Source of the DNA: Myxococcota bacterium
GTDB taxonomy: Bacteria; Myxococcota_A; UBA9160; UBA4427
Direction: 5' to 3'
DNA: 64,000 nucleotides
Assembly: GCA_046583195.1 (NCBI GenBank)
Contig: JAYGCV010000023.1
Location: 676 to 64,675, forward strand
Positions 19,309 through 26,716 of the stretch are shown here, piece by piece. The notes below the pieces were generated by a model. The model searched no databases, had not been told where the DNA came from, and worked only from the letters and a program-made list of their open reading frames with translations. The position numbers and the translations under genes are program-made. Each line of letters starts with the position of its first letter. Position 1 is the stretch's first letter.

Positions 19309-20721
19309 ATGGAACGTCGAAGCATGATGGGACACCGCATCATCATCTGCGACGGCGCCGAAACGGCTCGCCTTTGGGCCCGCATCGGTGCCTCCGAGGA
19401 CGAGGAACTCATCTGGGTTCCCCGCGAGGGGGAAACTCGCGCCCGGCCGCCGGGTTTCCGCTCACTCCCCCGCGGGCTGAACGAAGACAGCCTGGCGGAC
19501 ATCAACCCGACCCTCGGCGACGAGATCGCCCTGGTGGGCGAGGCCGGTGCCTGGCTTCGCGCGGCCATTTCGCTGATTGGCAAATCGAGCCCGGGTGTAC
19601 CGGTGCTGGTGTTCAGCGACGCACAGAGTATGGAAGAACTTCCCGACCATCCCTGCCTGCGCCGCGCGGGCCTAAAAACCCTGATCCGCGACGATCTCGA
19701 CGACGAGCTCGCGCACCTCACGAATCTCCATCGGGTCGCCGAGCTTCGCGAACTCCTGGGGCCGCGCGAGCGGTTGGGAATCCTGTTGCAGCCCGACCCG
19801 GACCCGGACGGCATCGCCTGCGGATACGCGCTCCGCATCCTGCTCGGGCGCAAGCGAAGCACCGCGCCGCTGATCTCCTTCGGCGAGATCAAGCGCCCGG
19901 AAAATCGCGCCATGGTCAAAGCGATCGGCCTCGAAGTCCTGACCATTTCGCCCGACGACCTGTCGAACTTCGACGGGCTGGCCCTCGTGGATGTCCAGCC
20001 CAACGTCTTCGGTGATCCGATCCCGAAACATCTGTCGAGAGTCGACGCGGTCATCGACCACCACCCCCTACGCAGTGGCTACGACTCGCTCACCCGCGAC
20101 ATCCGGGCCGACTACGGTGCGACCTCGACGATCCTCACCGAATATCTCCGCGCGGCCGAGGTCGAAATCCGCGCAAAACTCGCAACGGCGCTGCTCTACG
20201 GAATCAAGAGCGACACCCAGCTCCTCGGACGCGAGACGAGTACCCGCGACATCGATGCCTTCGCCTTTCTCCACCGCGCCCACAGCCCCGCACTCCTGCG
20301 TCGGATCGAGCGTCCCGCGCTGCCGATCGATGGGCTTCGCTCACTGGGACGCGCGCTGGTGCAGTCGAAGGTCGAGGAGGGCTTTCACCTCCTGGTGCTC
20401 GGACGCGTACGCGAAGACGTCATCCCGCAGGTCGCGGACATGGCGCTCCAGGCCGAGGGGGCCGAGTGGGCCATCGCCGCCGGGATCGTCGGACCCAACC
20501 TGGTGTTCTCGGTGCGCAACGTCGGATACGTGCGCGCCGCGGGCGAAGCCGTACGCGCGGTCGTCGAAGGCGTCGGTGCCGGAGGGGGGCACCGCTCGAT
20601 GGCGAAGGGAATCATCCCGCTGAAGACCTTCCGGGCCAAGCATGGAAACATCACACGAAACCGAATTCGAGAGGTGCTCCTCGAAGCCTTCCTTCGCGTC
20701 ACCCGCGAACCCAGCGGCTGA
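19309..20721 (+). CDS. DHH/DHHA1-family phosphoesterase with N-terminal extension
   Basis: DHH motifs LLQPDPDPDGIACG, LVDVQP and VIDHHP; DHHA1 motif GAGGGHRSMAKG. Start set to the ATG at 19309 (alternative 19324); the ORF-track start lies further upstream. Confidence 0.8.
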   Translation: MERRSMMGHRIIICDGAETARLWARIGASEDEELIWVPREGETRARPPGFRSLPRGLNEDSLADINPTLGDEIALVGEAGAWLRAAISLIGKSSPGVPVLVFSDAQSMEELPDHPCLRRAGLKTLIRDDLDDELAHLTNLHRVAELRELLGPRERLGILLQPDPDPDGIACGYALRILLGRKRSTAPLISFGEIKRPENRAMVKAIGLEVLTISPDDLSNFDGLALVDVQPNVFGDPIPKHLSRVDAVIDHHPLRSGYDSLTRDIRADYGATSTILTEYLRAAEVEIRAKLATALLYGIKSDTQLLGRETSTRDIDAFAFLHRAHSPALLRRIERPALPIDGLRSLGRALVQSKVEEGFHLLVLGRVREDVIPQVADMALQAEGAEWAIAAGIVGPNLVFSVRNVGYVRAAGEAVRAVVEGVGAGGGHRSMAKGIIPLKTFRAKHGNITRNRIREVLLEAFLRVTREPSG

Positions 20722-20737
20722 AGCGAGGTTCTCGGCG

Positions 20738-21028
20738 ATGGCCCGACCCCAGCGCCTCGAGGCGGAAACGATCGAGGCCGCTCTCCGCGAAATCGACGCC
20801 TGGCAGGTAAAGGGCGGCAGACTTCACCGCGAATTCGTCTTCGCCGACTTCAAGGCGGCCTTCGATTTCATGACAAGGGTCTCTGTGGTGGCCGAGGAAC
20901 TCGACCACCATCCGGATTGGTCGAATGTCTACAACCGGGTCCGTGTCGACCTTTACACCCACGATGTCGGCGGCCTCACCGAACTCGACCTCAAACTCGC
21001 GCGGGCCATGAATCGAATCGCCGGTTGA
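20738..21028 (+). CDS. phhB: Pterin-4a-carbinolamine dehydratase (PCD/DCoH)
   Basis: MARPQRLEAETIEAAL...W...L.REF.F.DF..AF.FM..V...AEELDHHPDWSNVYNRVRVDLYTHD is the PCD signature. Confidence 0.85.
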   Translation: MARPQRLEAETIEAALREIDAWQVKGGRLHREFVFADFKAAFDFMTRVSVVAEELDHHPDWSNVYNRVRVDLYTHDVGGLTELDLKLARAMNRIAG

Positions 21029-21552
21029 TGGCGACGCGCGACCGGCGAGTTCGAGCGATCTACACCGACGTCAAGGCATTCGAAAATGCCGACGCGTTCG
21101 GCGTCCTGCTGGGGTTTCGCCCGGAAACCGCGCGCTTCGACACCGACCGCATCGAGTGCGAGGCCCAACTAGGCCCCGGAAATTGCGTCGAAACCGTCGA
21201 GGGGATCGGCCGCGTGGCGCGCATTCTACGCGCGGCGAGACTCGCCACGCCCTCCGACCCCACCGAATGGATCGGTCGCACCGCGGACGTCGAGGCCCTG
21301 CTCGGGCGTGCCATTGGCACGGCCCTGCAACTCGAGGTGCGGCCCCGCACGCGGCTGCGCTTCACCGCCTGGCTCGAGGACGGAATCCAGGTGATCGACG
21401 ACGTCGCCGAGGTCACCGAGACACCCGAGGGCTTCAGCGTGAGGCGGCGGTCCGGCCGCTTTCCCGTCCTCGTCGCGCGCAAGGGACTCGCCAGGCAGCA
21501 GACCGAGAGTATTCGCTGGTACGAAATCCTTTCGATCGAACGCGCTCCCTGA
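21028..21552 (+). CDS. Hypothetical protein, translationally coupled to PCD
   Basis: The ATG at 21028 shares its A with the PCD stop (TGATG). 174 aa, non-repetitive, no family recognised. Confidence 0.55.
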   Translation: MATRDRRVRAIYTDVKAFENADAFGVLLGFRPETARFDTDRIECEAQLGPGNCVETVEGIGRVARILRAARLATPSDPTEWIGRTADVEALLGRAIGTALQLEVRPRTRLRFTAWLEDGIQVIDDVAEVTETPEGFSVRRRSGRFPVLVARKGLARQQTESIRWYEILSIERAP

Positions 21553-21642
21553 GACAGAACCCTCTTCGAGGCGTCTGATAACATTGCGTCTGACGCGCCG
21601 TTCCCGACGGCCAACCCAAAAAAGGGAGACAGGCTTCCAGAC

Positions 21643-22110
21643 ATGACGGTCCCGACTCGGATCCACGCCATCTCCGAAATCAAGGACCACATCGGGGTTC
21701 CGCTGGGACCCTCGGAGTGGGTGACGATCGACCAGGCGCGCATCGATTCCTTCGCCGATGCGACCGGTGATCACCAGTGGATCCATACCGACCCCGAGCG
21801 CGCGAAGACCGAATCTCCCTTCGGCGGGACCGTCGCCCACGGCTACCTCACCCTCGCGCTGCTGCCGGCGCTGATGGCGCAGATCCTCAACGTCGAGAGC
21901 ATTTCGATGGTGGTGAACTACGGTACCGACCGCGTGCGCTTGCCCGCGCCGGTGCCGGCCGGCTCGAAGTTGCGGCTCAAGGCCGAATTCAAGAGCGTGC
22001 GAGAGATCCCGAGCGGGGCGGCTCGCGTCGTGATGGCCTTTTCCCTCGAGATCGAAAACGGTTCAAAACCGGCCTGCAGCGGCGATGTGGTCTACGTCTA
22101 CTACCCCTGA
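21643..22110 (+). CDS. MaoC-like (R)-specific enoyl-CoA hydratase, hot-dog fold
   Basis: FADATGDHQWIHTDPERA...FGGTVAHGYLTLAL is the MaoC dehydratase signature. Confidence 0.85.
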   Translation: MTVPTRIHAISEIKDHIGVPLGPSEWVTIDQARIDSFADATGDHQWIHTDPERAKTESPFGGTVAHGYLTLALLPALMAQILNVESISMVVNYGTDRVRLPAPVPAGSKLRLKAEFKSVREIPSGAARVVMAFSLEIENGSKPACSGDVVYVYYP

Positions 22111-22119
22111 GGAAACCAC

Positions 22120-23769
22120 GTGAAGATCGCGCTGTTCCAGCCGAACCCCACCGTCGGCGACCTCGAGGGCAACCGCAAAAAGGTCGCCGAGGCGGCAGCT
22201 CGCGCTGCGGACTTCGGAGCCGACCTGCTGTTGGCGCCCGAACTCGTCCTCACCGGATACCCGCCGATGGATCTCCTCCAAAGAGATGGCTTCGTGCGCG
22301 ATCAGATCCGAGAACTCGAGAAACTAGAGGCTTCCTCTCGCGCGGTTCCCATCGTGCTGGGCGCGGCGATCCCAACCGCTGAGGCCGATGCAAAGCGCTT
22401 GTGGAATGCCGCGGTCGTCCTGGCCGAGGGGCGCGAGTACACGCTGCGGCCCAAAACACTGCTTCCGAACTACGACGTCTTCGACGAACGTCGGCACTTC
22501 TCGGCGGCGACCACACGAAGCCCCGTCACGCTCCCCGGTAGCAGCACTTCACTCGGCCTGGCCATCTGCGAGGACGCCTGGGCGCCGGATCTCGGCTACA
22601 CGGTCGATCCCGTGGCCGAATTGGTCGAGGCGGGGGCCTCGTTGATCCTCAATCCGTCGGCTTCGCCCTGGCATGTGGGCAAGGCCTCGGAACGACGCGC
22701 GATGCTCTCGCTTCGCGCCGCGGCGAATCGAACCCCGATCGTGTTCGTCAACCAGGTCGGCGGAAACGACGAGCTGATCTTTGACGGAGGCTCCTTCGTG
22801 CTCGACGCCGAGGGCCGCTGCACCGGGGCGTTGCCCCTCTTCGAGTCGGCCTTCGCGATCTTCAATGTTCCCACCGAGGGCCCCGCGAAAATCTCGGAGC
22901 CGAGCCTCGGCGACCTGGACTCGGTCGCGGAACTCGAGTCGGGCCTGGTGCTCGGCATCCACGACTACTTCCACAAGCAGAGCCTGCCTCCGAACGCGGT
23001 GATCGGGCTCTCGGGGGGCATCGACTCCGCCGTCACCGCGCACCTTGCGGTCGAGGCACTGGGCCCGGATCGCGTGTTGGGCGTCGCGATGCCCGGACCC
23101 TTCTCTTCGAGTCACAGCGTCGAGGATGCGCTCGACCTCGGGCGCAACCTCGGGATCGAAGTAAAGCAGGTCGATATTCGCCCGCTCTTCGACGCGTACC
23201 TTGGAATTTTTCGCGATCTCTTCGGTGCCCAGGAAGACTACGGACTCACCCAGCAGAACATCCAGTCGCGCATCCGCGGCAATATCCTGATGGCGATTTC
23301 CAACCACGATCAGCGCCTGGTTCTCGCCACCGGAAACAAGAGCGAGCTGTCGCTCGGATACTGCACGCTCTACGGGGACACGGTGGGGGGGCTCGCGGTA
23401 CTCGGAGACGTCTACAAACGCGATGTCTATGCCCTGTCCGGGCGGGCGAATGTGAACGGCGAAAAAATTCCGCTCCGCACGATCGAGAAACCGCCGTCAG
23501 CCGAACTCGCTCCAGGTCAGTTTGACGAGAACGATCTGCCGCCCTACGAGATCATCGATGCCATCCTCTCGCAAGCCATCGAGGGCGAAGTGGGCGGTCG
23601 CGGGGTCGAGGCCGTGGCACGCGAAAACGCCGACACTGCACGCGAGGTCATTCGGCGTCTCGACCGCAACGAGTACAAGCGTCGCCAGACTCCGCTGGTC
23701 CTCCGGACTTCACGCAAGGCCTTCGGCTCGGGACGGAGACTCCCCATCGTCCATCGCTACGAGTCGTGA
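22120..23769 (+). CDS. nadE: Glutamine-dependent NAD+ synthetase
   Basis: N-terminal CN-hydrolase domain (LLLAPELVLTGYP, GLAICEDAW) plus NAD synthetase domain (GLSGGIDSAV, TGNKSELSLGY). Confidence 0.9.
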   Translation: MKIALFQPNPTVGDLEGNRKKVAEAAARAADFGADLLLAPELVLTGYPPMDLLQRDGFVRDQIRELEKLEASSRAVPIVLGAAIPTAEADAKRLWNAAVVLAEGREYTLRPKTLLPNYDVFDERRHFSAATTRSPVTLPGSSTSLGLAICEDAWAPDLGYTVDPVAELVEAGASLILNPSASPWHVGKASERRAMLSLRAAANRTPIVFVNQVGGNDELIFDGGSFVLDAEGRCTGALPLFESAFAIFNVPTEGPAKISEPSLGDLDSVAELESGLVLGIHDYFHKQSLPPNAVIGLSGGIDSAVTAHLAVEALGPDRVLGVAMPGPFSSSHSVEDALDLGRNLGIEVKQVDIRPLFDAYLGIFRDLFGAQEDYGLTQQNIQSRIRGNILMAISNHDQRLVLATGNKSELSLGYCTLYGDTVGGLAVLGDVYKRDVYALSGRANVNGEKIPLRTIEKPPSAELAPGQFDENDLPPYEIIDAILSQAIEGEVGGRGVEAVARENADTAREVIRRLDRNEYKRRQTPLVLRTSRKAFGSGRRLPIVHRYES

Positions 23770-23777
23770 AGCGGGCT

Positions 23778-24257
23778 TCAGGGTGCCGCAGCGGCAGCGG
23801 CTTGCCGCACGTTCTCGGCGCGCGAGCCCCGGGGCCCTTCCTGGACGACGTACTCAACAGCGTCCCCCTCGGAGAGACCGTCGTAGTCCGCGGCATTCAG
23901 GCCCGAGCGATGGAAAAAGACTTCCTTGCCGTCCTCGCCCCGGATAAAGCCGAAGCCGCGATCTCGTACCATCTTTTTGATCGTCCCGCGGCACTTCGGG
24001 CCGGTGGGAGCCGGCGGAGCCGCGGTGGCCTGGCGACGGCGACCTCGACCACGGCCGCGCGGCGGACCGCTTCGGAAGCGGTCGGAGGCGACAAACTCTT
24101 CGCAGAAGAGGTGGGTCGGAACGGTAAGATCCTGAAGACCCGTCTGTTCCGGGGAAAGCAATACCTCGCCCTCGTCGAGATCGACCACGCTGTAGCGAAG
24201 CCCGGTGTTCTTGTGGGTCACAAGCAGGCCGGATTCGATCTCTTCGAGTGAGAGCAT
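23778..24257 (-). CDS. Cold-shock-domain protein with N-terminal extra domain and RGG linker
   Basis: C-terminal GTIKKMVRDRGFGFIRGEDGKEVFFH (CSD RNP1/RNP2). It is preceded by PPRGRGRGRRRQ and a 65 aa N-domain, MLSLEEIESGLLV... Start trimmed to the ATG at 24257. Confidence 0.7.
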   Translation of the reverse strand: MLSLEEIESGLLVTHKNTGLRYSVVDLDEGEVLLSPEQTGLQDLTVPTHLFCEEFVASDRFRSGPPRGRGRGRRRQATAAPPAPTGPKCRGTIKKMVRDRGFGFIRGEDGKEVFFHRSGLNAADYDGLSEGDAVEYVVQEGPRGSRAENVRQAAAAAAP

Positions 24258-24411
24258 GCAGAGGACCTCATAACGCTGCAAAAACGGCCCGGGCGGCTTG
24301 CGCGCACCCACCGATTCGAGCCGTGGCCCCTCGGCCCGGAAGCCGCGAGGGCAGGCGAACCTAGGGGATGTCGGGAGCGCGGTCAATCGACCCAGGCCAG
24401 GAGCCGATGTC

Positions 24412-25740
24412 ATGAAAATACCCAGATCTGTAAAGCGGCTCGCGGGCAGCGTGCTCGTCGCCGGATGTGCCGTGCTGATCGCCGCGGGCGCCGTTCACGC
24501 GGGCGAGCGGGCGAAGCCGAAGCTGCGCGTGGGCACGAGCGGCGACTATGCCCCCTTCAGCATGGCCTACGGCGACCGTGTCGCGGGAAGCTGGACTCCC
24601 CAGGGCCTCGACATTGCAGTGGCGCAGGCCTACGCCCGCGATCGCGGCCTGGAGATCGAGTGGGTCCCCTTCCGCTGGCCCGATCTGCGAAGAGACCTCG
24701 CCGGCGGGCGCTTCGACGTCGCGATGAGTGGCGTCACCCAGCGCCCGGAACGCTCGCTGGTGGGCCGCTACACGATCCCCGTTGCCATCGCAGGGGCGGT
24801 GGCCCTGGTGCGTGACGCCGGGCGCTTCCGCGAGCTTTCCGACCTCGATCGCGAGGGTGTCGTGATCGGAGTCAATCGCGGGGGCCATCTCGAGCGCGTC
24901 ACGCGTGAACGCTTTCCCGCGGCACAGATCCAGGCGGTGGCCAAAAACGATGCCGTCCCCGACCTGCTCATCGCCGGCGAGGTGGACGCGGTCATCACCG
25001 ACACCTTCGAGGCGCCCCATTGGCAACTGGGGCACGAGCATCTCGAACGTCGCGGGCCCTTCACCCGCGACACCAAAAGTTATCTGGTGCGAGTCGACCG
25101 CGAAGACCTGGCCCGGGATCTCGATATCTGGCTGCTCGAAGCCGAAGCCGATGGCACCCTCGACCGCCTGCGGCGCATCCATCTCGGTCGCGCCGCAAGG
25201 CCCAGACCGGCGTCTGTGCTGATGGCACTGCTCGCGAGTGTCGACGAACGACTCTCCCTGATGCCCCTGGTGGCGGCCTCGAAGGCCGCCAGTGGGAGCC
25301 TGCTGACCGACTCCGCACGCGAAACCCAGGTGCTGGATCGCGCAGTGGCCCGGTGCATCGCGGAAGCGCACACCCTCAAGACCCACGCGCCGACCCCCGC
25401 CGCCATCCGCGCCTTCTTCGAAGCGCAGATCGCAGCCGCGAAAACGCTCCAGCAGCAGATGCCAACCGATGCGGGTCCCCAGCCCGGTGCGTCCCTTGAC
25501 CTGGTCCGCGATCTTCGTCCCGCCCTCGACCGCATCGGCGACCGCCAGGCGTTCCTACTGAATCAGCTGCCCCGCGACCTCGAGGCCGCGCGGGTCCAAA
25601 AGCGAACTCGCGAGGCGCTCGCGTTCCTGGGCCTCCCGATCGGATCGATCGACGCCATCGCCGACGGCATCGTGGCGATTGCCCACGCGCAGACCACAGT
25701 CGACGAAGCCACCCTGCCGCGGCGCGTGCTCGATCAATAG
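24412..25740 (+). CDS. Exported fusion: cyclohexadienyl (prephenate/arogenate) dehydratase PheC-like SBP domain plus AroQ chorismate mutase domain
   Basis: Signal peptide MKIPRSVKRLAGSVLVAGCAVLIAAGAVHA. LRVGTSGDYAPFS, FDVAMSGV and VDAVITDTFEA resemble P. aeruginosa PheC (LRVGTTGDYKPFS, FDIAMGGI). The C-terminal 150 aa (VDERLSLMPLVAASKA...ETQVLDR...) resemble periplasmic AroQ chorismate mutase. AGGAG lies 9 nt upstream of the ATG at 24412. Confidence 0.8.
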   Translation: MKIPRSVKRLAGSVLVAGCAVLIAAGAVHAGERAKPKLRVGTSGDYAPFSMAYGDRVAGSWTPQGLDIAVAQAYARDRGLEIEWVPFRWPDLRRDLAGGRFDVAMSGVTQRPERSLVGRYTIPVAIAGAVALVRDAGRFRELSDLDREGVVIGVNRGGHLERVTRERFPAAQIQAVAKNDAVPDLLIAGEVDAVITDTFEAPHWQLGHEHLERRGPFTRDTKSYLVRVDREDLARDLDIWLLEAEADGTLDRLRRIHLGRAARPRPASVLMALLASVDERLSLMPLVAASKAASGSLLTDSARETQVLDRAVARCIAEAHTLKTHAPTPAAIRAFFEAQIAAAKTLQQQMPTDAGPQPGASLDLVRDLRPALDRIGDRQAFLLNQLPRDLEAARVQKRTREALAFLGLPIGSIDAIADGIVAIAHAQTTVDEATLPRRVLDQ

Positions 25741-26693
25741 AAGGCGCAGCGCGTGCGATGACGCGGTTCGGCCTTCATCTCGGGGCTCTGCCCCCTCCTC
25801 CACAGGTGACCGTCGAGTTCGCGCGGTCTCATGCCGGTGGAGCCGAGGGCTTCGGCCATCAACTCGACCGCGTGGACGGCGCTCGCGCGGATCTCGACTT
25901 CTTCCGGGCAGCCCACCTCGAGGTCTTCCCCCGCATTGATTCGCGCGAGGAGTTCGGGCGTGTAGTGGAGCACACCGGCCCGGCGCAGAACGTGGGGAAC
26001 CAGATTGTCCGCAAAGAGCGTGAGTTCGTCGATGTCCTCGAAGTGCCCGAAGGATTCGCCGGCGAAGGCTCGATGCAGGTCCGACGCAGTGATCTGGGCG
26101 CGCTTATAGAAGGGGATATCGAGCCCGGCATAGCGCCCGACATCGCGGTAGAAGGGCATTTCGAGCAGGCATTCCACGAGCGATTCCGCGCAGCCGTCGG
26201 CGTGTTCCAAGCAGCGCGCGAAGCTTCCGTCGAAGCGTTCTTGCAGCCATCGACCGAGATCGCGAAGAGCCCGGGTGTAGAGCGTCATCAGTTCCAGGAC
26301 GGCAGGGTCGGCTAAGACCTCCTGCTGCCCGAGGACCTCTGCGCACTCGGAAACCCGGAAGTTCGAGAGTTCCGCTGCGCTGTAGGCACCGCGGTCCTCG
26401 AAGCGCTCCCGGAGACCGGTCGCAACACTGAGGTAACCCGAGAGGCTTCCGCGTTTCTGGAGGTGGGGAAACCAGCCCGAACCGAAATTGATCGCATCGA
26501 GGGTCACCACAAAGGCGAGTGTGGTCTCGGCGTCGCCGAGACGTGTCGCTCCCGGATCGAGGTCGTCGTCGGGAGGCTCTGCAGCCGCGATTTCGCGGGC
26601 CAACTCCCCAGCGCGATCGACATCGATCAAAACCGACTCGGCGCGGCGGCTGACTTCCGCCGACCGCTCTCGAATCGTTCCAAAGAGCGTCAC
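25734..26693 (-). CDS. Queuosine-salvage family protein (DUF2419 / QNG1-like)
   Basis: FVVTLDAINFGSGWFP...LSGY..., FADNLVPHVLR and a C-terminal WRRGQ-type region match my recollection of DUF2419. Start set to the GTG at 26693, the first start after the aconitase stop at 26717. Confidence 0.65.
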   Translation of the reverse strand: MTLFGTIRERSAEVSRRAESVLIDVDRAGELAREIAAAEPPDDDLDPGATRLGDAETTLAFVVTLDAINFGSGWFPHLQKRGSLSGYLSVATGLRERFEDRGAYSAAELSNFRVSECAEVLGQQEVLADPAVLELMTLYTRALRDLGRWLQERFDGSFARCLEHADGCAESLVECLLEMPFYRDVGRYAGLDIPFYKRAQITASDLHRAFAGESFGHFEDIDELTLFADNLVPHVLRRAGVLHYTPELLARINAGEDLEVGCPEEVEIRASAVHAVELMAEALGSTGMRPRELDGHLWRRGQSPEMKAEPRHRTRCAFY

Positions 26694-26716
26694 GAAGAAC
26701 TGCCTACCGTCCGCGC

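Noticed and set aside
18984-20054. 356-aa minus-strand ORF
   Set aside because: It is Ser/Arg-rich and antisense to the DHH/DHHA1 phosphoesterase, which has clear motifs.
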